Source: Octopus vulgaris (lineage: Eukaryota). Taken from it: 64,000 bases of DNA. Both the position numbers and the translations under genes were made by a program. The number at the start of each line of letters is the position of its first letter. Within the stretch, counting starts at the first letter, position 1. The stretch is taken from the NCBI GenBank assembly GCA_951406725.2, contig OX597830.1, positions 10,540,001-10,604,000 of the forward strand. Direction: 5' to 3'. The notes below the pieces were generated by a model. It searched no databases. It was not told where the DNA came from and saw only the letters and a program-made list of their open reading frames with translations. Below are positions 51,238-64,000 of this stretch, piece by piece.

Positions 51238-52305
51238 GTATGTATATATATGTATATGTTTGTGCATCTGTGTATGTCCCCCACCACCACCACCACCATA
51301 AGTTGACAACCAATGGTGGTGCGTTTACATCCCCGTAACTTAGCAGTTCAGCAAAAGAGATCAATCTTGGATCTCATTGTTCGTTTGCATCTGATGTCCT
51401 GGATACAAAACATCCTAACAAAATCAGTTCTGGCTATAATTTCTATAGTAATTCTGTAGAAACAACCTTAACACGTGATTTAAAAGCACTGCTAACACAG
51501 TAGTACACGGTATTGACTTGTAGAAAACATTTAATATACATCGTTGTATATTATGTTTGCTTAACGAAATACTGTGTCCCTAGAAGTCATTATTCCTTTC
51601 TACTGTAGGCACAAGGCCTGGAATTTTGAGGGGAGGGGATTTCTTGATTAGGTTGACCCTAGTGCATAACTGGTACTTAATTTATCGACCCCAAAAGGTT
51701 GAAAGGCAAAGTCAACCTCGGCAGAATTTGAACTCAGAATGTAGCAACGGGTGAAATACAGCTCAGTAGTTCACCTGGCATGCTAACGATTCCGCCAGCT
51801 CACCGCCTTCTCAATAAGTCGTTAATATTTGCATACCAGCTTCCAGGAATGTGTTTAATATGTAAATTGGTATATCCAATAATGTTACACTGCTGTATTT
51901 AATGGCTATTTAAGCAATGAGCTTTGTGGATGATTAAGGGGTTAGGTGGGTGCTGATGACAGGTCAAAAACTCCCAAAACATGGCATATATGCTCATTAC
52001 CTATTTTGATCTCGTTGTTGTTTGCATTAGGCACACTCAGATATGAAACATCAAACAAAAATCGGTTCTGGCTTTGATTTTTATTGAAAATCCGTAGAGA
52101 TGACCTCAACGTGTGATTTAATAGCACTGCTAACACAGCAGGACACAAAACGTTTAATATAATTTGTGGTGTATTATGGTTACATAACAAAATACCAAGT
52201 GTCTACAGGTCATTAATGCATACATATAATTATTTATAGACACACATACACATGTATACAAATATATATACATACATATGTATATACATGTTCACAAACA
52301 CACAC

Positions 52306-52350
<45 letters not shown>

Positions 52351-52667
52351 TTTATATATACACACACATATATATACACACACATTAATATTTATACACA
52401 TATATATATACACAGCTATGTATATACATATATATAAACACATGTATATACACACATATATATACAGACATAAGCATATATACACACACACATTTATATA
52501 TACACACACACATATATACACACACATTAATATTTATACATATATACATATATACACAGCTATGTATATACATATATACATATAAACACATGTATATACA
52601 CACATATATATACAGACATATGCATATACACATATATATGTATACACACACACATATACATATATAT

Positions 52668-52699
<32 letters not shown>

Positions 52700-53395
52700 C
52701 AAATTTAAATAAAGTACTTTAATTTCTTCACTATATAACCTGATATACATCTCTCATCTATAATTACACCGTTGCACTCACCACACCAAACAAAAAGGAA
52801 GAAAATAATAAATTAACCTACAGCAGAATAATTAACGTAAAAAAATATTTAAAATATAAATACATACAAAAAGAACAAAAAAATAATCAAAAAGTAATCA
52901 AAATACAGAGGATTAAAAAATGATTAAAATTTCTAAAATATTTTGTTATTTCTAAAGTTAACGAAATCTAACTGTAAAAGAACTTTAAGACTTTCGAAAT
53001 GCAAGTTATGAATTTACTGCGATTTATTGCAGTTTATTGCAGATGGCCAATAAATCCATTTAGAATCGGGTATTCTCTTACAGAATCGGGTACACTTTTA
53101 TATGGATTATAAAGAACTGAGCTGTTCCATTTTCATATTTCTAACACCGAGATGACAGCAGCTTACTGCCATGCCTACAGAAATAAATAAATAAAGATGA
53201 AAATATGATTTCCATCAACATTAATCATTTATATCTGGGTATTATGAGGTGTTTAATTGATATTTGCAAGACTGCTGGTAATGCTTGTTTTCGCAGACCT
53301 ACCGTATTTTATTTTCATTATTATAACCACTACCACTACTACTACTACTACTAATGTAGTAATCTAGCAGAATCGTTAGCCTGATGGCAACATTA

Positions 53396-54262
53396 AGGTG
53401 GCTAGCTGGCAGAGTGGTTAGCACGTCAGGCGAAATGCTTAGTGGTATTTCCTCTGCAGTAAGGTTCTGAGTTCAAATTCCGCCGAGGTCGACTTTGCCT
53501 TTCATCCTTTCGGGGTCGAGTAAATAAGTACCAGTTATGCACTAGGATCGATATAATCAACTTAATCCGTTTGTCTGTCCTTGTTTGTCCCTTCTGTGTT
53601 TAGCCCCTTGTGGGTAGTAAAGAAATACGTATTTTGTCTGCCGTTACGTTCTGAGTTCAAATTCCTCCGAGGTCGACTTTGCCTTTCATCCTTTCGGGGT
53701 CAATAAATTAAGTACCAGTTATGCACTGGGGTTGATGTAATGGACTTAATCCCTTTATCTGTCCTTGTTCGTCCCCTCTATGTTTAGCCCCTTGTGGGCA
53801 GTAAAGAAATAAGAATCGTTAGCATGTGAGGTGAAATGCTTAGCAACATTTCTTCTGGCTTAATGTTTTGAGTTCAAATTCCGCCAAGGTCAACTTCGCC
53901 CTTCATCCTTTCGGTGGAGTGAAGTCTATAAAATAAGTACCAGTTAAGCACTGGGGCCAATGTAATTGTCTTACCCCTACTCCAGAATGACTGCTTTTCA
54001 CAGAAAAGACTACTACTACTACTGTTGTAGCTGCTGAAGCTGCTACTGCTACTACTACTGTAGCAAGCTAACAGAATTGTTTGCAGGCTGGAGTATTGCA
54101 GAGTGACATTTCTTCTGGTCTTACATTCTGAGTTCAAGTTTCACTGGGGTCAAATTTGTCTTTCATCATTTTTGGAGTCGATAGCATAATGACCATTTGA
54201 GTATTGGGGTTGACTAGCCCCCTCCCCACCAAATTTCAGGCCATGTACCTAAAGCAGAATGG

Positions 54263-54306
<44 letters not shown>

Positions 54307-54430
54307 CTACCTTTCATCCTTTTGGTGTCAATAAATTAAATACCAGTTATACACTGGAGTCAATGTAATCATTGTAGTCCCTTTTCCCCAAACTTTAAAG
54401 CCTTTTGCCTATAGTAGAAAGGATTATTAT
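53396..54430 (+). mobile_element. Family B SINE cluster (further copies ~11376-11580, 20685-20930, 31605-31945, 37568-37695, 51594-51829)
   Basis: Consensus matches, including the internally duplicated variant. Confidence 0.78.
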
Positions 54431-54799
54431 TATTATTATCATCATTTTGGTTTGTTTTTTGTCAGTAAGTTTTGAAGCTAAATCTCTATAAACACGATGC
54501 CATTTCCAAAATCAAGAATTCCTTAAAGGTTTAACAAGATTGGAAAATACAGCAGCCATGGCATTAAGCTTACAAATAATATTGTCAAGTGTATTATGTC
54601 CGAGTCACTGATCTCTAATGATTAACTGTCAGCTCTCTCTCTCTCGCCTTCTCTCTCTCTCTCGCTTTCTGTCTTCCTCTTGTATTGTTACCACCACAGT
54701 GAAGATTATCATTACATCTGCCAGAGGAATTGGTATTTTCAATCAGTTGTTCTAGGTCCTAAAAGGAAATGCATTGAGCGGGAGATGGGAGGGAGAGCA

Positions 54800-55158
54800 G
54801 ATAATGATGAAGGTGAAGATGATGATGGGGATGATGATGATGATGTCGAGGGTGATGCTGATGATGACGACAATGACAATGATGATGACAGAGATGATGA
54901 GGATAATGATGTTGAGGGTGATGATGATGATGGTGGTGATGATGATGATGTTCAGGATGATGCGGATGAAGACGATGATGATGATGATGATGTTCAGGAT
55001 GATGCGGATGACGATGATGATAATGACGAAGATGAAGATGATAATGATGTTGAGGGTGATGCTAATGATGATGATGATGAAAATGCTGATAATGAAAACG
55101 ATGATGATGATGATAAAAATGATGATAATAACAGTGAAGACGATGATGGTGATGACAT
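54800..55158. repeat. Degenerate (GAT)n tract
   Basis: Directly visible. Confidence 0.9.
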
Positions 55159-55690
55159 CTGATTTGGAAAAAGATTACAAGGCAACGCTGCAGTAATTAC
55201 ACAATCACCAAACTGTGCCACTTCCCTAAAGAATCTACATAAACCATTCCTGCAACAGAGAAAATTTGCTGAGACAATCACAGACTAAACCTCCGATCAG
55301 TCATTTCAGATATTTTCCGATACCAAGTTAGTTCTTTGCAATTTCCTACTTCCTGTCTCTGTTTATGCCACTGCAACGAGATATTGCCAAATGTTCTTGA
55401 CTGCAAGACTTCAAAGCAGACCCATCCACTCAATGCAATTCTGTGAATTCCTGCCGTTTATTCATTAACCAACTTCAAACAGAAGCACTAACTAACTCCT
55501 GCTATTAATCAAGAGAAATTATTGTTTACGCCTGCACTCGGTTCTCTTGCAGCACTGTGTCTGAGATTCTGACATTTATTGAGCTTAAAACAATTATATG
55601 TATCACCTTCAGACTTTTCCAGTTTTTTTTTTATATTGTTCTAATTTTTTAATCATATATACTCTATGGCAACAACTTACATAGGTACAA

Positions 55691-55728
<38 letters not shown>

Positions 55729-55745
55729 TAATAATAATGATAATA

Positions 55746-55794
<49 letters not shown>

Positions 55795-55817
55795 TAATAA
55801 TAATGATAATGATAATA

Positions 55818-55863
<46 letters not shown>

Positions 55864-55868
55864 TAATA

Positions 55869-55920
<52 letters not shown>

Positions 55921-55922
55921 TA

Positions 55923-55980
<58 letters not shown>

Positions 55981-55985
55981 TAATA

Positions 55986-56016
<31 letters not shown>

Positions 56017-56030
56017 TAATAATGATAATA

Positions 56031-56076
<46 letters not shown>

Positions 56077-56129
56077 TAATAATAATGATAATGATAATAA
56101 TAATAATAATGATAATAATAATGATAATA

Positions 56130-56173
<44 letters not shown>

Positions 56174-56175
56174 AA
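55691..56175. repeat. (AAT)n/(GAT) trinucleotide tract
   Basis: Directly visible; a similar tract lies at 18250-18528. Confidence 0.98.
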
Positions 56176-56585
56176 GACCTACCAAAAACTGAGCAAGTAT
56201 AAAGATCTTGAAATAGAAATTAGCGAAATTTGGAACCTGAAGACTAAAACAATACCTGTTGTTATAGGTGCCCTATGAATGATAGCAAAAGGGGCTGATT
56301 GCTGCCTAAGTTCAGATACCAGGAAACCCCAAAATGGCAGAAATTCAAAAGAGAGTGCTTATGGGAACTGCCCATATCCTACGTAAAATACTGTCTTTGT
56401 TATGTTAAATTTTAAAATAAACTCATAATTTTCTTATGGTTTCTTAAACATTCTCTGGAACAATACTTTGTGTGAAACCAAATATATGGCATGCTAGGCA
56501 TAACACCAGCATGGACTTCTAACATGTTGTCTCTTGAGGTCTCAGGGTGAGACCTGGAGCCAACTTGTACAAATGCAATATTGTA
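56173..56585 (+). mobile_element. R4/Dong-type LINE 3' fragment
   Basis: KTYQKLSKYKDLEIEISEIWNLKTKTIPVVIGAL*MIAKG...IQKRVLMGTAHILRKIL, directly after a 485-bp (AAT/GAT)n tract. Confidence 0.85.
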
Positions 56586-56829
56586 ATAAATAGTTGATCC
56601 TTATCGAAAAATGAGCCAATCTTAACAAATCCTCCATTCAAAACAGTTGCAAAGGCAGAGGTAATAATAATAAGTTCTACTCAGGAATTTTTAAATGAAT
56701 AGCAAGAAACCTTTTGATTTTCTCTTCTCTTTAATTCCGACCTTCCTTTAGTATTCCTGTTGTATATATCGATGTATAGATGTGTGTATATATGTAAGGA
56801 TACTGTAAAGTGTTAATATGTATGTATAA

Positions 56830-57227
56830 CTAGCAGTATCGCCCGGCGTTGCTCGGGTTTGTAAGGGAAATTACTATATAAGCATTTTTAGTGAGTTATA
56901 GCCAAAAAATAGCAAAAAAAAAGCATTAAAAATGGAAAAAAATTATGGTAAATTATTTTTTAAATCGTTGACTCATCGTAGACATTTTTAGAGAGTTACT
57001 TCCCTTATATAATAGCGAAAAAATGCATTAAAATAGAAAAAAATGATGGTAAATTTTTTTTTAAATCGTAGACTCATCGTAGACGTGCGCTAATACCCAG
57101 AAGGGCTCGATATGAATCACGACTATAAGATACCCGGTTTTGGTTAAACTGCACCGCAAAATGTGGAAGTAGTTAGGAATCTAAATCGTAGGAGACAGAC
57201 ACACAACCACTCTTTTATATATAAAGA
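56830..57227 (-). mobile_element. Non-autonomous Helitron
   Basis: Minus strand starts TC(tttatatataaaag) and ends with a GC hairpin (cccgagcaacgccggg) about 8 nt before terminal CTAG followed by T; no TSD; internal tandem duplication. Confidence 0.85.
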
Positions 57228-57469
57228 AATATAATATGTATATTATATAGATATGGTAGTGTCAGTTAATTTGTGAACGGTTTTGCTGCCATTTGTTTAT
57301 GTAGTTTGATTTCTTTATGCATCAGTTTCTACTCAGATAGAGACACGAGTAAAATTAATAATAGAGAAACGAAAATAAAACTTTGGAAACACCCTAAAGG
57401 GAAATAATTGAGAAAGACTTGAAAGTTAACGTAAGATCGTAATAATGAAAGTAAAGTAAATATAACAAA

Positions 57470-57645
57470 TAATCTAGAATCCTTGTCCAGATCAAGCCCA
57501 AAATCTAATCAGTTTGTACCAGTTGTGAGGTCAAACATCTCCGAAAGTTTCATCCAAATCTATCCTGTGGTTCTTGAGATATCTTGTCCATGGACAAACA
57601 AACATGACTGAAAACAGTAACTCTGCATTCCTTAAGGTGGAGGCA
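57470..57645 (-). mobile_element. Partial Helentron/HINE-like element
   Basis: aaaatctaatcagt...ttcttgagatatcttgtccatggacaaacaaacatgactgaaaaca matches 20480-20630. Confidence 0.55.
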
Positions 57646-57665
57646 ATAATAATAATAATAATAAC

Positions 57666-57700
<35 letters not shown>

Positions 57701-57706
57701 GAATAA

Positions 57707-57737
<31 letters not shown>

Positions 57738-58973
57738 AAGAAGAAGAAGAAGAAGAAGAAGAAGAAGAAGAAGATGAAGGAGGAGGAGGAGGAGGAGGTT
57801 TCAAACCGTTTGGTGCAAGGCCAGCAATTTGCAAGTGGAGTCTTTTAGTTGATTATCAGCAAAGTATCAGCTAATTATTACTGCAAGACTGAGATGATTA
57901 GAGAAGTATATAGGAATATCGATTTAATATTAATCAAGACTCAATCAATTTAATTTAATACTAATTAAGATTTTGTCAACTGTAGCAAAGCACCTACGTG
58001 GCTGAAGCATATTCTGATGCTGGTATGCTGCACATTCTGAAACAGACATACTGCACAATGCCACGAATGAAATGCTGCATTTCCAATATTGACCTGTTGC
58101 ATATATCAGCACTGCAGCATTGCATGTCTCAATATCGACATGGTGCACATCACAATATTGGCATGCAGCACATTGCAATATGGCCATGTTGCATATTGCA
58201 TTATTGATATATTGCACGAGCCAGGATTCTCAAACTACACGTCCCTATGTATAAATGTGTTGCACACCTCAATACTGCTATGCTGCACATCTTGATACTG
58301 CTATACGGCACATCTCAGCATCAACATGTTGCACATCCCAGTGTTGCACATCTTACTAATTTGAGAAGTTCAAAGGTGGAACGACTAAATGTGGAGAGCT
58401 AGATGTATTAGACGAACATCTCTGCATTAAGACTTGAAATGTAAAAAGCACCCACTACACACTCAGAGTGGTTAGGCATTAGGAAGGGCATTCAGCTGTA
58501 GAAATATTGCCAGATCAGACTGGGGTCTGGTGCAGCTTCCTGGCTTCCCAGACCCCAGCATGGAAAACGGACGTTAAACGATGATGATATATGGTATAAT
58601 GGTCACTTTTAGGGATAATGATCAAACTTTTGCTGATAATAATCTATTATTAACTTCAATATCTCCATTTTCTTATTTTTCAATTGCATGATTATAAACC
58701 ATGGTTTATATATAAACTTATCATTTTATGGATATTAATATCACCCCAAAAAATATTCAGTATTAAACCATTATTTCCTTGGATGACACCATTCTTTCAT
58801 GAGGCCAACATAACATCTAATTGAATTCTCTCTCTCTCTATCTATATATATATATATATATATATATATCTTTATCTAGTTTCAGCTCACGAGCTGTGGC
58901 CATGCTGGGGCACTGCCATTTGGTGTTGCTACATGATTTTACTTCACGAATGCTTTTTAGCAATTGCCATTTA

Positions 58974-59010
<37 letters not shown>

Positions 59011-59269
59011 TAAAAATATACATACATTCACTCACACACAACATCACAGGCTTATTTGGGTTCGATCAGATCCACTCACACAGCTTTGAGGCTGCAGTAG
59101 CAGACACTTGCCTAAGATGTCATACAGTGAGACTGAACCCAAAACCACATGGTTTGGCATCAAATTTCTCAACCACACGGCCACACCTAAGATATTGGAT
59201 GTTTTACAATGTTCTTGGTATTCGTGATATGACACAATACAGAATCTATTAACTTTTCTTACAGGCCTA

Positions 59270-59294
59270 AATACACACACATACATACATACAA

Positions 59295-59328
<34 letters not shown>

Positions 59329-59508
59329 CTACACACATATACACATATATATATATATATATATATACATACATATATACCTAAACACATATACACACAT
59401 ATATATATATACATACATATATACATACATACACATATATATATACATACATATATACACATATAAATATACATACATATATATACATATATACATACAT
59501 ATACACAC

Positions 59509-59557
<49 letters not shown>

Positions 59558-59679
59558 CATATATATACACATATATATACATATATATATACACACATAT
59601 ACATATATATACACATACATAAATACACACACATATATATATATACATATGTATATATATATATACACACATATATATC

Positions 59680-59717
<38 letters not shown>

Positions 59718-59795
59718 CATATATATATATATATACATATATATATACACATATATATGCATATATATATATATATACATTTACATATATACACA

Positions 59796-59833
<38 letters not shown>

Positions 59834-59885
59834 CACATATATATATACAAAAATGCATATATATATACATACATACATACATTCA
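59270..59885. repeat. Compound (TA)n/(CA)n microsatellite
   Basis: Directly visible; similar tracts at 44060-44300, 52235-52700 and 60255-60550. Confidence 0.95.
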
Positions 59886-60259
59886 TACGGTACCTCTCCC
59901 GTGTCTGTATGCAATGACAACAGGAGCACCACTGTACATGAAATGTCATCAAATGTGCAACTAGGGAGAAACATGAGTACAAAATGTTTGGGGAATTTCT
60001 ATAAGCTGTGTGTATATGTAGGTGCGGTGTGCGCTGTGTATATATATGTAGGTAGATAGATTTTTTTAACATGTTAATTTGTTCTCTTACACCAATGGCA
60101 CCACCACCACCACCACCAGCTTTGCCGCTTCTCCTGCTGCTGCTGCTGCTGCTGATGATGATGACGACGATGATGATGATGATGACGATGCTTCTCCAGC
60201 TGCTATTGCTATTACCACGGTTACTAACCCAAAACAACCATGGACCATGCCTTGATATG

Positions 60260-60303
<44 letters not shown>

Positions 60304-60629
60304 TACATATACATATATATACATATATACACATATACATATATATATATATATATATATACAGTATATATACACACACAAACATATAGATATATGTAAT
60401 ACATATATTAGTGTGTGTATAACAATATATATATATACATACACAGTCACACACACACTCATAATACATATATGTGTGTGTGTGTGTGTGTGTGTGTATG
60501 TATTCATGTATGAATGAGTATGTGTGTATATGTGTGTGTGTGTATTTGTATATTGTGCAACCCATGCCAGCATGTAAAATGATGATGATACACATATAGA
60601 TATGAATACACATTTACATATATACACAC

Positions 60630-61145
60630 ATACACACACATATTTGCATAAGTGTATTGCACTTTTTATGTGTGTGTGTATATATGCATACATACACACA
60701 CATATTTGCATAAGTGTATTGCACTTTTTATGTGTGTGTGTGTGTGTGTATATACACACATACACACACATATGTGCATAAGTATATTGCACTTTTTATG
60801 TGTGTGTGTGTGTATATATGCATACATACACACACATATTTGCATAAGTGTATTGCACTTTTTATGTGTGTGTGTGTGTATATATACACACATACACACA
60901 CATATGTGCATAAGTATATTGCACTTTTTATGTGTGTGTGTGTATATATGCATACATACACACACATATGTGCATAAGTATATTGCACTTTTTATGTGTG
61001 TGTGTGTATATATGCATACATACACACACATATGTGCATAAGTGTATTGCACTTTTTATGTGTGTGTGTGTGTGTGTATATGCATACATACACACACATA
61101 TGTGCATAAGTATATTGCACTTTTTATGTGTGTGTGTATATATGC
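60630..61145. repeat. ~60-bp minisatellite, about 8 units
   Basis: Unit cacacacatat(g/t)tgcataagt(g/a)tattgcactttttatgtgtgtg...; further units at ~62630-62860. Confidence 0.9.
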
Positions 61146-61269
61146 ATACATGCATACACATATAAACATACAAGTCACATGTGGGTGTATAATAAATATA
61201 TATACATGAATACATACTCATATATATCTATGGATATATACATGATATATACACATACACACACACATA

Positions 61270-62561
61270 CGAGGGACATTCAATAAGTAATGTCTCTGAC
61301 CTACTTGCAGTTGTTTGATCTAGCTGAAATTTTGCATGTGCAATTATTTATATCTCTATAAATTAGGTGGCAAATTACAGCTCTGAAATAATTGTGGTTT
61401 CTGATTTATAAGTGTTTGAACTGAGTCAAGTGTGAAATGGAGCCTGTTGAGTGGCGAGCAGTGATCCGGTTTTTGTATTTGAAAGGACGCACACCACGGA
61501 AGACTTTTGATGAAATGAAAGTAACTTATGGTGATGATGCCCCATCATATGACCTTGTAAAACCCTGGCATAGTGAATTCAAACTTGGTCGGAACTCTGT
61601 GGAAACAGCTCTCAGATCTGGTCGCCCCCCCTTCTGCCATTGATGAGGCATCTGTCCGTCAAGTTGAGGCTGCCATTTTGGAAGATCGACGCATAACTAT
61701 TTGCCAAATAGCCCATGAGGTCAAGATTAATACCGGGTCTGTGGAAACTATCATTCATGACCATGTGCACATGCAAAAGGTGTCTGCCAAATGGATTTCC
61801 AGGTTGCTCACACCTTTCCAGAAGCAAGAACGCGTCGAGTGCTCAAAGATGAATTTGGAGATGTGCCAAGAAGATGAGTCAAAATTTTTCAAAAGACTGA
61901 TTACATAGGATGAAACCTGGGTCCATCACTATGATCCAGAGACCAAAGCCCAGTCAATGCAGTGGAAGCACCGTGACTCACCTCCTCCAAAGAAGGCAAG
62001 GGTGCAGCCCTCTGCTGGCTAGGTCATGCTCACAGTCTTCTGGGACCAGGACGGAGTAGTGAAGACAGATTTCCTGGCAAAGGGCACCACAATTACAGGA
62101 GCCTATTATGCTTCACCTTTGAGGAAATTAAGAGAAGCTATCAAAATCAAGAGGCGGGGCAAGATCAGCAAAGGCATCCTCCTCCTGCAGGACAACGCTC
62201 CGGTCCACAACTCGCTTGTCACCAGATCAGAAGCACAGGTGTGCGGCTATGAAATCCCCCCCTTCCCCCTACTCTCCTGGCCTTGCACCCTCTCATTTTC
62301 ACCTCTTCCCAGCCATGAAGTTGTTTTTGAAAGGAAAGCGTTTCCCAAATGATGCAGCCTTGATTTCTGAAGTCATGTCGTGGTTGGAGGACCAAGCTGG
62401 GGTCTTCTACAAAAACGGTCTCCAGAGCTGCATCAAACGATGGGAGAAATGTGTAACTCTGGGTGGTTCCTATGTAGAAAAAGACTAATAACTGTGCTAA
62501 GTTTCGTTGCTCTACTGCTATGGGAAGTGGGTCAGGGGCATTACTTATTGAACGCCCCTCG
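61270..62561 (+). mobile_element. Full-length (1292 bp) defective mariner transposon, irritans/Hsmar2-like
   Basis: TIRs cgagggacattcaataagtaatgtctctgacc / ggtcaggggcattacttattgaacgcccctcg; TA duplication at 61268-61269 and 62562-62563. Confidence 0.95.
61437..62488 (+). pseudogene. Mariner DD34D transposase pseudogene
   Basis: MEPVEWRAVIRFL...WISRLL...IT*DETWVHHYDPETKAQS...LLQDNAPVH...PYSPGLAPSHFHLF...RWEKCVTLGGSYVEKD*, spread over several frames with frameshifts and in-frame stops. Confidence 0.93.
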
Positions 62562-63419
62562 TATGTATATGGGTATTCCATTTTTATATGTGTGTGTGTA
62601 AGTGTATACACATACATATATACACACATACACACACATATGTGCATAAGTGTATTGCACTTTTACGTGTGTGTGTGTGTCTGTATCTGTGTATAGGCAT
62701 ACATACATACACATATAAACATGTAACACATACGTGTAGGTGTATAATATACATATATACATGAATACATACTCATATATATCTATGAATATATATACAT
62801 GATACACACACATACACACACATATGTATATAAGTGTATTTCATTCTTATATGTGTGTGTGTAAGTGTATACACATACATATATACACACAAACATGCAA
62901 CACACACGTGTGTGCATATAACATACAAATATACATGTATATATACACACATATATGTCTATGAATGCATACATGATATATACACACATATATGCACAGA
63001 TATACTTATATACATGTATACACACATATGTGTGTATAAAAAGGGAGAAGGGGGGACTGTAAATACACTTCTACTGTAAACAAGTACAAAAAACAAGAAT
63101 GTATACAAAAGTGTATGCGTGTGTAAGGGCGTGGATGTATGTATGTCTAATTGCATGTTTGTATATACGTCACCCCATGTTCGTGTGTGTGAGTGTGTGT
63201 GTGTGGTTGTGTGTGAAAAGCTGAAGTTGACCAAGTGACAAATGTTTCAAACCCACACCTAGTCAAAACACTGAAATATTTGCTTATTATGAAGTCAATG
63301 ATAAACATCTAAAAACCTGTATTATGACAGGACATTTTGTATACATTTTCTTTTTATTACTTCACACAAGACCCACAAATATGTGTATGTGTCTGTGCGT
63401 GCGTGTGTGTGTTTTTATA

Positions 63420-63628
63420 CGAAGGGGTACTGAAAAGTTCGTTGCTCTAAGGGTATCATGAAAGGCCCAACATTCTGAGTTCTTTTACAGGGCGGATAAA
63501 AAGTGAAGGGTGCAGCAATAAGGGTGTGAATCTGAGAGGGAGATGTGTTGAATAAAATCCTTAATTAACTGATCCTCCTGTTATTTTCTTTTAACCAAAG
63601 CCAGGATGTTTGCAACCTGCCCCCCTTG
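63420..63628 (+). mobile_element. Short mariner-derived MITE
   Basis: Mariner-like TIR cgaaggggtactgaaaagttc after TA, a degenerate right TIR, and a retained transposase C-terminus (NKGVNLRGRCVE*). Confidence 0.65.
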
Positions 63629-63750
63629 TGTATTCTTTTATTCTTTTATTTATTTAAGTCAACTGACTGCAGTCCTATATATATATATATATATACATAC
63701 ATACATGTGTGTGTGTGTGTGTATATATGCATATATATATATATATATAT

Positions 63751-64000
63751 GGTGGATGCACAGAGAGTATCACCACTAGAATACGAATAGCCTGGGCAAA
63801 GTTCAGAAAGCTCCTACCCCTACTGGCAACAAAAGGTCTCTCCCTCAGAGCAAAAGGTAGATTGTATGATGCATGTGTGCGAACTGCCATGCTTCACGGT
63901 AATGAAACATGGGCTGTGACTGCAGAAGACATGCGTAGACTTGAAAGAAATGAAGCTAGCATGATCCGCTGGATGTGTAGTGTCAGTGTGCACGCAAAAC
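63751..64000 (+). mobile_element. RTE LINE fragment, continues beyond window
   Basis: GGCTESITTRIRIAWAKFRKLLPLLATKGLSLRAKGRLYDACVRTAMLHGNETWAVTAEDMRRLERNEASMIRWMC. Confidence 0.85.

Noticed and set aside
54680-55196. Asp-rich and Met-rich ORFs suggesting an acidic biomineral-type protein
   Set aside because: Degenerate (GAT)n tract inside a WWOX intron; no signal peptide, splice support or unique domain.
55664-56192. Poly-Ile ORFs (also 18155-18751)
   Set aside because: (AAT)n microsatellite.
38667-64000. WWOX WW-domain and TGANSGIG exons
   Set aside because: Reading the non-repetitive islands on the minus strand gave no matching peptide with splice sites; probably beyond the window, although a very short exon could be missed by eye.

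Overview
AT-rich, microsatellite- and transposon-dense animal genomic DNA. The repeat families look like those of Octopus (coleoid cephalopod); this is my recognition, not a database result. The only host gene I can support is the 3' part of WWOX on the minus strand. It has four GT-AG exons (38471-38666, 35128-35313, 31026-31284, 17706-17888) that splice in frame to the SDR domain and stop codon. The WW-domain exons lie beyond 64000. The rest is intronic or intergenic: tRNA-derived SINEs (CORE-type, Nin/Deu-type, and a third family), RTE and R4/Dong LINE fragments, mariner elements, a hAT MITE, Helitron/Helentron-like elements, a Chapaev-like relic, Penelope-type hammerhead motifs and long simple repeats that explain nearly all listed ORFs. 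Most notable: (1) a TSD-flanked tailless 28S rRNA retrocopy starting next to the hidden-break landmark; (2) a 5'-inverted, twin-priming-like non-L1 LINE with TSD; (3) a 129-bp near-perfect inverted copy pair bracketing one WWOX exon; (4) a tandem array of convergent tRNA-like units; (5) repeated fold-back insertions. Exon, TIR and TSD coordinates were read base by base; other repeat boundaries are approximate.
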